A stretch of DNA of 64,000 nt from an uncultured Acidobacteriota bacterium (GTDB lineage Bacteria; Acidobacteriota; Thermoanaerobaculia; Multivoradales; JAHEKO01). A program made the position numbers and the translations under genes. The DNA lies in contig CAVQNG010000025.1 in the NCBI GenBank assembly GCA_963713825.1, forward strand, positions 832,001-896,000, given 5' to 3'. Below, piece after piece: positions 46,099 through 54,859 of this stretch (the first letter of the stretch is position 1; each line of letters opens with the position of its first letter). Under the pieces are notes generated by a model. That model was not told the origin of the DNA. It was given only the letters and a program-made list of their open reading frames with translations, and searched no databases.

Positions 46099-47028
46099 AT
46101 GAAGATCGGGACCCGACAGCGGCAGGAAGAGCAGCAGGACCTGGCGGAGGTACTGTCGCCCGAGCTCTTCCAGAAGATCAAGGCGATTCAGATCCGCACA
46201 CAGCGGCTGGTCAACGACGCCTTTGCTGGCGAGTATGAGAGTGCCTTTCGCGGCCGGGGTATGGAGTTCGAGGAGGTGCGTGCCTACCAGCCCGGTGACG
46301 ACATCCGACATATCAACTGGCCTGTCACGGCCCGAATGGGCACGCCATTCGTCAAATTGCACCGGGAAGAACGTGAGCTGACGGTCATGCTGGTCGTGGA
46401 CGTGAGCTCATCGGGAGCCTTCGGCAGCGGCGCCAAGCTCAAGAACGAGGTGGCCGCAGAGATCGCGGCGCTCCTCGCCTATACCGCCATCAAGAGCAAC
46501 GACCGGGTCGGCCTGATCATCTTCTCGGATCGGATCGAGCACTTCATCCCGCCGAAGAAGGGTCGCTCTCATGTCTGGCGGGTGATCCGCGACATCCTGA
46601 CGTTCCGTGCGCCCCGCCGCCGCACCGATCTGCAGGGCGCCCTGGATTACATGAGCAAGGTCCTGCGACGCCGGGTCGTGGCGTTCGTGATCTCGGACTT
46701 CATGGATGAGGGCTACGAGGACATCCTGAGGATCTCCGCCCGTCGGCACGATCTCACCGCCGTTGTGGTCAGAGATCGACGGGAAAAGGAGTTGCCGAGG
46801 ATCGGCATCCTGGAGCTGGAAGACGCCGAGACCGGCGAGACCCTGCTGGTCGATACCAGCGACTCGAACCTGGCCGACGGACTCCGATTGCTCGATCGAG
46901 AAGACGGCGATCAGCGGGCTCGTCTGTTGCGCTCGGCTGGCGCCGGCGAGGTCGGAATTGAAGCCGACGATCCCCACTATGTGGACTCGTTGGTGCGCTA
47001 CTTCCATGTCCGAGAGCGGCGGCGGTAG
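46099..47028 (+). CDS. DUF58 protein (MoxR partner)
   Basis: Motifs GRGMEFEEVRAYQPGDDIRHINW..TAR, EERE, DVSSS, NDRVGL, ISDF. Confidence 0.92.
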   Translation: MKIGTRQRQEEQQDLAEVLSPELFQKIKAIQIRTQRLVNDAFAGEYESAFRGRGMEFEEVRAYQPGDDIRHINWPVTARMGTPFVKLHREERELTVMLVVDVSSSGAFGSGAKLKNEVAAEIAALLAYTAIKSNDRVGLIIFSDRIEHFIPPKKGRSHVWRVIRDILTFRAPRRRTDLQGALDYMSKVLRRRVVAFVISDFMDEGYEDILRISARRHDLTAVVVRDRREKELPRIGILELEDAETGETLLVDTSDSNLADGLRLLDREDGDQRARLLRSAGAGEVGIEADDPHYVDSLVRYFHVRERRR

Positions 47029-47040
47029 TGATGGAGGAAT

Positions 47041-48039
47041 GTGATGGATCTGCGTGAGCCGCCCATATCGGCCCCTGTATCGAGGGTCGATCCTCTCAGC
47101 CGCGGGCTGTTGGTGCTTCTCTTGCTCGTCGTCCTGGTCTTCGGACTGCTCCTGTTGTCGAGATCACGACGCGTCGGTAGCCCGGAAGAGGCCGAGAGCA
47201 TTCGCGAAGTTGCCGCGAAGCTGCAAGCGGCAGGGGCCTTGGACGAAGCAGCTTTGCAGTACGGGCGCTACCTGGAGGCCGGCAACCCAGACCGGGAAGT
47301 TCGGGCCGGCATAGCGATGAGCCTGGGCAACAATTACCTGGGAACGGGTCAGTACGAGAGCGCCTTGAGGTGGTTCTACGAAGCCGAGACGCTGGGAGCC
47401 GGTGAGAGCAACGAGGAGCTGGCCGGCAAGATCGTCCAGACTCTCGAGCGCCTGGGGCGGTCCTTCGCCGCTCAGGCTGCGCTGGCCAGTCGAGCCGGAC
47501 TGGGGGAGAGCGCTGTCGAGCGTCCGACCGACGACCCGGTGGTGGCGCGCATAGGAGCCGACGAGATTCGTCAGTCCGAGGTCGAGCGTGCCCTCGACGA
47601 CCTGCCTGCAGAGTTGGCGAGCCAGATGGCCTCGGCCGAGGCGCGGGCCCGGTTTCTCGAGCAGTATGTGGCCGATGAGCTGCTGTGGCGCAAGGCACTG
47701 AAGCTCGAGTACGACAAGGATCCAGAGGTCCTGCGCCGGCACGATGCGCTTCTCAAGCAGCTGGTGGTGTCCCGGTTTGCCGAGACGGAGGTCCTGAGTC
47801 GGATCGAGGTCGACGAGGCGGATCTTCGCAACTACTTCGACGCCAACCGGGACCGATTCGCTGCGCCGGCCCAGGACGGGCAGGAAGCCCAAGAGCCCTC
47901 GTTCGAGGCAGTGCGATCGGTGGTGGAGCGTGACTATCGACGCATGAAGATGCAGTCGGCCTATCAGGCGCTGATCGATAGCGAGTTGGCGACTCAAGAT
48001 GTCGAGCTGATGCCGGAGAACATGATTCGTGTGCAATAG
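47041..48039 (+). CDS. Membrane-anchored TPR + PrsA/SurA-like chaperone lacking a parvulin domain
   Basis: TM, then TPR-like helices, then VVARIG..I..SEV, FLEQYVADELL..KA..L-x-Y-x-KDP, and DLRNYFDAN..F joined directly to PSFEAVR. Confidence 0.65.
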   Translation: MMDLREPPISAPVSRVDPLSRGLLVLLLLVVLVFGLLLLSRSRRVGSPEEAESIREVAAKLQAAGALDEAALQYGRYLEAGNPDREVRAGIAMSLGNNYLGTGQYESALRWFYEAETLGAGESNEELAGKIVQTLERLGRSFAAQAALASRAGLGESAVERPTDDPVVARIGADEIRQSEVERALDDLPAELASQMASAEARARFLEQYVADELLWRKALKLEYDKDPEVLRRHDALLKQLVVSRFAETEVLSRIEVDEADLRNYFDANRDRFAAPAQDGQEAQEPSFEAVRSVVERDYRRMKMQSAYQALIDSELATQDVELMPENMIRVQ

Positions 48040-49072
48040 GACCGACAGTAGGGCGAGCTGGTCGAAGGGTCGCGCTGGGCGCAGTGCGCTTCTGGCTGGC
48101 GCCCTTCTCCTGGTCGGGTGCGCGCGCACGCCCGAAGCCCACCCTGATGAGGTGTCGAGAGCGCCTGTCGAAGTCCATGCTGCCGTCGATCGGGCTGTGG
48201 CCACCACCGGTGATCTGATTACTTTTCGGGTGACGGTCGACTACGACCCTGCCTGGGAGGTCCTGATTCCCGAGGCCGGCTCCGAGATCGCTGGGTTCCG
48301 CATTGTGGACATCGGGCGAGACGAGCCGCTGCAGAGCCGGGGCCGAGTCGCCGATACCAGGACGTATCAGTTGAGAGCGGATCTGGTGGGCTCTTATGTT
48401 CTGCCGCCGATCTCCGTGTCCTACAGGCCACGTGCATCTGGCGCAACGCAGCCGAAGGAGGGGCGGGACGACGACGAGGAGGCGTGGAGCGAGGCCAGGA
48501 CCTCCGAAATCTTCGTCGAAGTCGAGTCGGTTCTGCCGACGGCAGGCCAGGCCGAGGACATTCGAGATCTCAAGCCGCTGCGAGACGTCCGAAGCCGACC
48601 TCCTTGGATGTGGATCGGTGTGGGAGCCCTGATTGTGATCGCCGTGGCGCTGGCGATCGCCTGGTGGGTACGTCGATGGCGACGTCGTCGGTCGGAGATA
48701 CCGCCAAGGCCGGCGCACGAGATCGCCTTCGCAACGCTGGCCGCCCTTCGGCAGACAGATTTCGACGATCCAGAAGCCGTCCGTTGGTTCTATTTCCAGA
48801 TCTCGGAGACGGTGCGCTCCTACGTTGAAAACCGGTTCGCCTTCAATGCCACCGATCTCACCACGGAAGAGATTCTCGACTGGTTGGACCAGGGAGAGGG
48901 GCCAGGGGAGAGCCAGGGTGGGCAGTTGAGGCAGTTTCTGAAAGAGACCGATCAGGTCAAGTTCGCGCACCAGGAACCCACCCAGGGCGATATCGAAGGC
49001 ACCTACGAACAGGCGTTGAGCTTCGTGGAGGCGACCCGTGAGCCCGATGAGCCGCTGGAGGAAGCGGCATGA
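48029..49072 (+). CDS. Bat-operon lipoprotein/membrane protein (BatD-like Ig domain + DUF4381-like TM region)
   Basis: Lipobox LLVG-C, VDR...GD-x-I-x-F, DIRDLKP, a TM segment, PAHEIA, RSYVENRF and TTEE. Confidence 0.7.
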   Translation: MCNRTDSRASWSKGRAGRSALLAGALLLVGCARTPEAHPDEVSRAPVEVHAAVDRAVATTGDLITFRVTVDYDPAWEVLIPEAGSEIAGFRIVDIGRDEPLQSRGRVADTRTYQLRADLVGSYVLPPISVSYRPRASGATQPKEGRDDDEEAWSEARTSEIFVEVESVLPTAGQAEDIRDLKPLRDVRSRPPWMWIGVGALIVIAVALAIAWWVRRWRRRRSEIPPRPAHEIAFATLAALRQTDFDDPEAVRWFYFQISETVRSYVENRFAFNATDLTTEEILDWLDQGEGPGESQGGQLRQFLKETDQVKFAHQEPTQGDIEGTYEQALSFVEATREPDEPLEEAA

Positions 49073-50103
49073 CCGGGCTGTACTTCGCCGATCAGTGGCT
49101 GCTGTGGGTGTTGGTGCCGTTGTTCATCGTCTGGGTCGTCGCCTGGTGGGTAATGCCCTGGCTGGCTCGCCGGTGGGGCAGGCAAGCCGCTGTGAGGTAC
49201 TCGAGCATCGACACGCTGAAGCGTCTGAAACCCTCGCGACGGATCCTCATCCGACGCTTCGTGGAAGGAATCAGGATTCTCGTCATCGCACTTCTGGTCC
49301 TGGCGATGGCCCGACCCCAGACTGGTCGCAAGCAGACCCAGGTCCGGACCGAGGGCATCGACATCGTCTTGGTGCTCGATACGTCGGGCAGCATGCAGGC
49401 GCTCGATCTCGATGCCGACCGGCCGATCAGCCGCCGGCGCAACCGCTTGGAAGTGGCGAAGGAGGTCGTCGAGGAGTTTGTCCAGGGGCGGACGAACGAC
49501 CAGGTCGGTCTGGTGGTGTTCGGAAACGAAGCCTTCACCCAGTGTCCTCTGACCCTGGACCACGGCATTGTGGCTACCTTTCTGGAAGGGATCGAGATCG
49601 GCATGGCCGGTGACGCAACGGCCATCGGGTCGGCTCTCGGCACCGCCGTGAAGCGATTGAGAGATTCCCAGGCCGACTCGAAAGTGATCATCCTGCTCAC
49701 GGACGGCCGTAGCAACGCGGGGGCCCTGAGTCCCCAGAAGGCGGCGGAAATCGCCGCGACCTTCGGCATCAAGGTGTACACGATCGGCGCCGGGACGCGC
49801 GGCAAAGCGCCATTCGTAGTGGATTCCCTGTTTGGCAAACAGGTCGTCTACGAGAGTGTCGAGATCGACGAAGAGACCTTGCGTGAGATCGCCGAACGCA
49901 CGGCAGGCCTGTACTTCCGCGCCGAGGACACCGACGCGCTGAAGTCGATCTACGAAGAGATCGACGAGATGGAGAAGACGGAGATCCAGACGAGCTCCTA
50001 CATGGAGTACAACGAGCAGTTTCGACGTTTCTTGATACCCGCTCTGGCTCTTCTACTTCTGGAAGTGGTGCTTCTGGGAACCCGCTATCGGAAGCTGCCC
50101 TGA
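49069..50103 (+). CDS. batA: BatA-like VWA protein
   Basis: N-terminal double TM, ARPQ, MIDAS DTSGSM, RLEVAK, QCPLTLDH, TAIGSALG, LLTDG, IKVYTIG and a C-terminal TM. Confidence 0.9.
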   Translation: MTGLYFADQWLLWVLVPLFIVWVVAWWVMPWLARRWGRQAAVRYSSIDTLKRLKPSRRILIRRFVEGIRILVIALLVLAMARPQTGRKQTQVRTEGIDIVLVLDTSGSMQALDLDADRPISRRRNRLEVAKEVVEEFVQGRTNDQVGLVVFGNEAFTQCPLTLDHGIVATFLEGIEIGMAGDATAIGSALGTAVKRLRDSQADSKVIILLTDGRSNAGALSPQKAAEIAATFGIKVYTIGAGTRGKAPFVVDSLFGKQVVYESVEIDEETLREIAERTAGLYFRAEDTDALKSIYEEIDEMEKTEIQTSSYMEYNEQFRRFLIPALALLLLEVVLLGTRYRKLP

Positions 50104-50107
50104 GACC

Positions 50108-51190
50108 ATGAGAGCTCGAATCCATCTGTTGCTCCTGCCGCTGGTCCTCGCCACCGCGGGCTGCCAGGATGTTCGAGTCGGCAGTCCAAGCTCCTTGTGG
50201 CTTCTGTGGCTCGCTCCACTCATGGTGGCCTTTTATGTCTTCACCTTTCGCTCGAGCACGCTGCTCCTCAGACGCTTCGCGTCGCCCGAGTTGCTGGCTC
50301 GCCTGATGGCTGGAGTCAGCCGCCCACGCCAAGTTCTCAAGGCAATTCTCGTCCTACTGGGTGTCATCGCAACCGTTCTGGCGCTCGCCGAGTTGAAGTA
50401 CGGTTTCACCTGGGAGGAAGTGACTCGGGAAGGCGTCGATATCGTCGTGGCCCTGGACGTCTCCGACAGCATGCTGGTCGAAGATGCAGAGAGTGGCGGT
50501 CAGCTCAGCCGCCTCGAGCGCGCCAAGCGTGAGATCGCCGATCTGCTCGACCTGCTGCAGGGCGACAGAATCGGTTTGGTGGCCTTCGCTGGAACCGCCT
50601 TCCTGGAATGCCCATTGACGCTGGATTACGGCGCCGCGTCGATCTTTCTGGACAGCCTCGATACCGATCTCATACCGGTGAAGGGGACCGACCTGGCAGA
50701 GGCGATTCGCGTCTCGCTGCGGGCTTTCGAGGGGGCCGGCAGCAACTCCCAGGCGATGATCCTGATCACCGACGGTGAAGACCATGGCGGCCAGGCACTG
50801 CAAGCGGCCGAAGAGGCCAAGGTGGCTGGAGTCCGAATCTTCACCATCGGAATCGGCCGCGACGAAGGGGCCCCGATCCCGGCCAGCGGTGGTGGATTTC
50901 GCCGGGACCGACGCGGCGACATCATCCTCAGCCGGCTGGACGAGCCGACCTTGCAGAAGGTCGCTCTGGAAACGGGTGGCCGGTACGTCCGATCGGTGAC
51001 AGGCGACGTTGATCTCGAACAAATCTACTCCCAGGGCATCAAAGCGGTTCTGGAGGACCAGGAGCTCGGATCCAAACGGCGACAGCGGTGGGAAGAGCGC
51101 TTCCAATGGCTGGTGGCGCTGGCGCTTTTCTTCCTGATGCTGGAGCCTCTGATCTCACCACGTCGGCGGCGAGGAGAAGGAAATGTCTAG
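50108..51190 (+). CDS. batB: BatB-like VWA protein
   Basis: MIDAS DVSDSM, SRLERAK, DRIGLVAFAG, CPLTLDY, ITDGEDH, SRLDE..L and ERFQW followed by a TM. Confidence 0.88.
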   Translation: MRARIHLLLLPLVLATAGCQDVRVGSPSSLWLLWLAPLMVAFYVFTFRSSTLLLRRFASPELLARLMAGVSRPRQVLKAILVLLGVIATVLALAELKYGFTWEEVTREGVDIVVALDVSDSMLVEDAESGGQLSRLERAKREIADLLDLLQGDRIGLVAFAGTAFLECPLTLDYGAASIFLDSLDTDLIPVKGTDLAEAIRVSLRAFEGAGSNSQAMILITDGEDHGGQALQAAEEAKVAGVRIFTIGIGRDEGAPIPASGGGFRRDRRGDIILSRLDEPTLQKVALETGGRYVRSVTGDVDLEQIYSQGIKAVLEDQELGSKRRQRWEERFQWLVALALFFLMLEPLISPRRRRGEGNV

Positions 51191-52217
51191 GCCTGACTGG
51201 TGGCTGTGGTTGGCAGCTGTCTCGGTTGGTTGGACCAGCCTCAATGCCCAGGTACCTCCACCCGAGGAGCTGGCCGCTCGAGAGGAGGTCGCCGAGGCGC
51301 AAAAATCACAGGAAGGGAAGCGTCGCCGTCCTGACAGCCCGTACGAGGCCTACGATGCGGGGCTCTTCGACGAGGCTCTCCAGGGCTTCGTCGACTTGCA
51401 GGTGGAACGCCCCGAGGACCCGGAGGTCGCTCTCAACGTCGGCAGCACCCAATACCAGATGCGGAACTTTCCGCAAGCCGATCGGACTTTTTCGAAGGCG
51501 GCGATGGCTCAGGATCCGAGCGTCCGAGGACAGGCGCTCTACAACCTTGGAAATTCGGCCTATCGACAGGGTCGGCTGCAGGAGGCCGTCGAGCTCTACA
51601 AGGCTGCGCTCGAGATCGACCCTGACGACGAAGACGCCAAGTTCAATCTCGAGTTCGTCCGTGACGAGATTCGTCGGCGACATGAAGAGGCCCAGAAGCG
51701 ACAGCAGGAACAGCAGGACCAAGAGCAGGATCAACAGCAGCAGAACGAGTCGCAGGACCAGAGTCAGGAGTCGGATCAGCAAGAGCAGGGTGGTCAGCCC
51801 GAAGGCGAAGATGAGCAACAAGGAGAGCAGGAAGGCCAGCAATCGCAGCCTGAGGGAACCCAGGATAGCGATCAGGATGGCCTCTCCGACGCACAGGAGC
51901 AGAGTGCCGAGAACCCGACGGATCCGAGCGATGCCGACAGTGACGACGATGGCCTGGCGGACGGGGCGGAAGATTTGAATCGCAACGGGCGAGTGGATCC
52001 AGAAGAGACCGATCCCAATCAAGCGGATACCGATGGCGACGGTGTTCCCGACAGCCAGGAAGCCCAAGCTGGCGGCGCTGCCTCCGTCGATCCAGAGTCC
52101 CTCGAAGGACTGACTCCCGAGGAAGCGGAACGCTACCTCCAGGCCCTCCAGGAAGGCCGTCCGGATCGACAGCATGCCGGGCGAGGCAGGCGGGTGAAAG
52201 GAGACAAGGACTGGTGA
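51183..52217 (+). CDS. batC: BatC-like TPR protein with Q/E-rich linker and Ca-binding DxDxDG repeats
   Basis: ALYNLGN..Y, YKAALEIDPDDEDAKFNLE, a Q/E tract, DSDQDGLSD/DSDDDGLAD/DTDGDGVPD repeats, EEAERYL and terminal KDW. Confidence 0.8.
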   Translation: MSRPDWWLWLAAVSVGWTSLNAQVPPPEELAAREEVAEAQKSQEGKRRRPDSPYEAYDAGLFDEALQGFVDLQVERPEDPEVALNVGSTQYQMRNFPQADRTFSKAAMAQDPSVRGQALYNLGNSAYRQGRLQEAVELYKAALEIDPDDEDAKFNLEFVRDEIRRRHEEAQKRQQEQQDQEQDQQQQNESQDQSQESDQQEQGGQPEGEDEQQGEQEGQQSQPEGTQDSDQDGLSDAQEQSAENPTDPSDADSDDDGLADGAEDLNRNGRVDPEETDPNQADTDGDGVPDSQEAQAGGAASVDPESLEGLTPEEAERYLQALQEGRPDRQHAGRGRRVKGDKDW

Positions 52218-53971
52218 GGAAGCGGGAATTCCGACTCCGGTCGTGTTTCGCGCTGGCTTGCGTCATCGGCTTCGGACTCTCGTCCGTGGCTTCGGCAGCG
52301 AGTGTAGTGGCGACGATCGACCGCCCCGAGGCGACGGTCGAAGATCAGCTACTGCTGACGGTCGTCATCGAGGGCTCCAGAGGGGCTCAACCAGAACTGC
52401 CAGAGATGCCGGAGTTCGATGTCCACTCGCGCGGTCAATCGACCCAAATGAGCTTCATCAACGGCCGCATGAGCTCGAGTGTCACCTTCACCTACCTGTT
52501 GGTCCCGAAGGCGACGGGCGTTTTTCAGATTGGCACAGTGACATCGGAGATCGATGGCGAGGTGGTGGCCAGCCAGCCCATCGAGGTGCGAATCCTCGCC
52601 GCCTCCGCGCAGCCACAGCAGCAGCGTGATCTCTTCATCACCTCTCGCGTATCGACCACCAACCCGTTTGTCGGCCAGGAAGTGATCTACATCTGGCGGT
52701 TCTACCGGCGCGTGCGGATCGGCGATGCTCGACTCGAGCCCCTGGAGTTCCATGGTTTCCTGGTAGAGGACCTGGGCGAGGTGCGCGAGTACCAGACCAC
52801 CGTCAACGGTGTGGAGTATCTGGTCAGTGAGATCCGCAAGGCACTGTTTCCTCAAGAGGTCGGCTCGTCAGTCATTCCTGCCTCGCGGCTGACATGTGAG
52901 GTCCTGGTCCGTGACTCGCGGCGCAGAAGAAGCCTGATGGACGATTTCTTCGGTGCGGCCTCGACGGAAACCAAGGTATTGCGCAGTGCCCAGATCGACA
53001 TCGAGGTGCGGCCCCTGCCGCCACCACCGGCTGGATTCTCGGGCCTGGTCGGGAGCTTCGCCATCGACGCTGCGATGAGCAAGCAGCAGCTCAAGGTCGG
53101 AGAATCGGCGACTCTGCGTCTGACGGTGAGCGGCAATGGCAACGTCCAGCTGATCAGCGAGCCCGAGCTTGCAGACCTTCCCACTTTCAAGATCTATGGG
53201 GACCAGCCTGAACGGTCGATCAACCGCAGCGGTCGCTCGCTCACGGGATCCCGCTCATTCAGCAAGGCCTTGGTTCCGCTGGAGTCCGGGAACTGGGTCA
53301 TTCCCCCTGTCGAGATTCTCTATTTCGATCCCGAGACGGCAGATTTTCAGACAGCTTCCACTGCGGAGATCGCCCTGAGCGTCTCCCCGGGGGAAGGTGC
53401 AGAAGACCTCCACCTGACGGAATCCATCGCTCCCAGCACGGGCAAGGTCGCGGTCCGTATCCTGGCAGATGACATCCTGCCCATCTACGGCGAACTGGAT
53501 GCCGTCTCGAGGCCTGCCAATTCTCGCCGCTCGACGGGTCTCTTTCTTCTCGGGATGGTCCTGCCGATCGGTCTCTACTTTTCGGCTCGATCCATTCAGC
53601 GGCACCGCTGGAGGTTGGAGCACGACGTGGCTTTTCAACGCCACCGGGTGGCCTTCAGACGAGCCCGGAAACAGCTCCAGAAGCTCTCTGCAATGGATGG
53701 CGATCAGGGGCAGCTGGGCCAGTCCACATCGCTGTGCTTGCGTCAGTACATCGGCGACAAGCTGGGGCTGGAGGGCGCCGCCCTGACGCCCGAAGAGCTG
53801 CACGATCTGCTGAGCGCAGAAGGTGTGAGTGAGGACTTGGCTGTCGAGACCCACGAGCTCCTGGAACGGCTGGAAGCAGCCCAGTTCGGAGCGGCCTCCC
53901 TCGAAGCCGGCAGCCTAAATCAACAGGCCACTCTCCTGCTCAAACGGCTGGAAGGAGAGCTCAAGAAATGA
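52214..53971 (+). CDS. batD: BatD family protein
   Basis: Signal peptide, SFING..S..FTY, PFVGQ, ALFPQ..G, V-x-PLP, FSGLVGSF, GNGN, YFDP and a C-terminal TM. Confidence 0.88.
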   Translation: MRKREFRLRSCFALACVIGFGLSSVASAASVVATIDRPEATVEDQLLLTVVIEGSRGAQPELPEMPEFDVHSRGQSTQMSFINGRMSSSVTFTYLLVPKATGVFQIGTVTSEIDGEVVASQPIEVRILAASAQPQQQRDLFITSRVSTTNPFVGQEVIYIWRFYRRVRIGDARLEPLEFHGFLVEDLGEVREYQTTVNGVEYLVSEIRKALFPQEVGSSVIPASRLTCEVLVRDSRRRRSLMDDFFGAASTETKVLRSAQIDIEVRPLPPPPAGFSGLVGSFAIDAAMSKQQLKVGESATLRLTVSGNGNVQLISEPELADLPTFKIYGDQPERSINRSGRSLTGSRSFSKALVPLESGNWVIPPVEILYFDPETADFQTASTAEIALSVSPGEGAEDLHLTESIAPSTGKVAVRILADDILPIYGELDAVSRPANSRRSTGLFLLGMVLPIGLYFSARSIQRHRWRLEHDVAFQRHRVAFRRARKQLQKLSAMDGDQGQLGQSTSLCLRQYIGDKLGLEGAALTPEELHDLLSAEGVSEDLAVETHELLERLEAAQFGAASLEAGSLNQQATLLLKRLEGELKK

Positions 53972-54843
53972 GCCGTTGGCAAATCTCGAGCTTGGTCGGA
54001 TGGGTGATGCTGGTCCTTCACCCTGCCGGTTCCTACGCAGCGCAAGTGGAGCCTGCGAAAGAGGCTCCCGTCGGGATTGCTGAAGTGAAGACCTCTCCGG
54101 ATAGAGTCTCGATGGAGCAGCCGCCGGTCGAGCTACACGGTGGGCTCTCTCGAGCACTGGCGGCAGAGATCTTCTTGAACGCGAATGCTGCCTACGAAGA
54201 GAGCGACTATGCGACAGCGGCAGCGGGTTACGAACGACTGGTGAGAGAGGGTTTCGACGATGGAAGGGTCCAGTTCAACCTGGGCAACGCGCTGCTGCGT
54301 AGGGGCGAGCTCGGTAGAGCCATTGCTTCCTATCGGAGAAGTCAGGCCGCAAGGCCTCGAGACGAGGATGTCCGGGCGAACTTGGACTTCGCTCGCCAGA
54401 GCACCAAGGATGCGATTGCTCCTCCAGAACCGTCGGAAGTCCTCTCGACCCTCTTCTTCTGGCACTTCCGCCTCAGTAATCGAGATCTCGTCTTCGTCTT
54501 GTTGGCTGTCAACCTGGTCTTCTGGGCCGTTCTCGGTCTCGGATTGATATGGCCGGGTCGGGAGCTGATCCGGTGGACCTCTTTCACTCTCCTGCTGGTT
54601 CTCCTGACCCTGGCGATCTCGCTATTCGTACACCTTTTCTTGGATCGACCTGTGGCGGTCATCGTGCCCCAGGAGGTTGCCGCTCACACGGCTCCGGATG
54701 AGACGTCGGTGATTCGCTTCAAGCTGCACGCGGGTACCGAGCTACGGGTTCAGGACGAGCGACAAGGCTGGGTCCGCGTCAGCCTGCCGGACGGGCAACA
54801 GGGATGGGTCGGCGAGGAGTGGGTCGAGCTGGTGTACCGCTGA
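53968..54843 (+). CDS. batE: BatE-like TPR + TM + SH3 protein
   Basis: AN-x-AY..Y..A..YE, FNLGNA..G..GRAI..Y, PRDEDVRANL, two TMs and SH3-like LHAGTE..W..V..DG..GWV. Confidence 0.85.
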   Translation: MSRWQISSLVGWVMLVLHPAGSYAAQVEPAKEAPVGIAEVKTSPDRVSMEQPPVELHGGLSRALAAEIFLNANAAYEESDYATAAAGYERLVREGFDDGRVQFNLGNALLRRGELGRAIASYRRSQAARPRDEDVRANLDFARQSTKDAIAPPEPSEVLSTLFFWHFRLSNRDLVFVLLAVNLVFWAVLGLGLIWPGRELIRWTSFTLLLVLLTLAISLFVHLFLDRPVAVIVPQEVAAHTAPDETSVIRFKLHAGTELRVQDERQGWVRVSLPDGQQGWVGEEWVELVYR

Positions 54844-54859
54844 CGGGGAGCCGCTGGGG

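Noticed and set aside
44343-46181. 612-aa minus-strand ORF, and many similar long ORFs (27616-28830 +, 41028-42452 +, 41719-42969 -, 6899-8023 +, 33208-34257 -)
   Set aside because: These are antisense or alternate-frame shadows of well-supported genes, which is expected at high GC. They have no recognisable motifs.
51690-51850. CAG/GAG-rich low-complexity DNA
   Set aside because: It encodes the Q/E-rich linker typical of BatC-like proteins and is not an independent repeat element.
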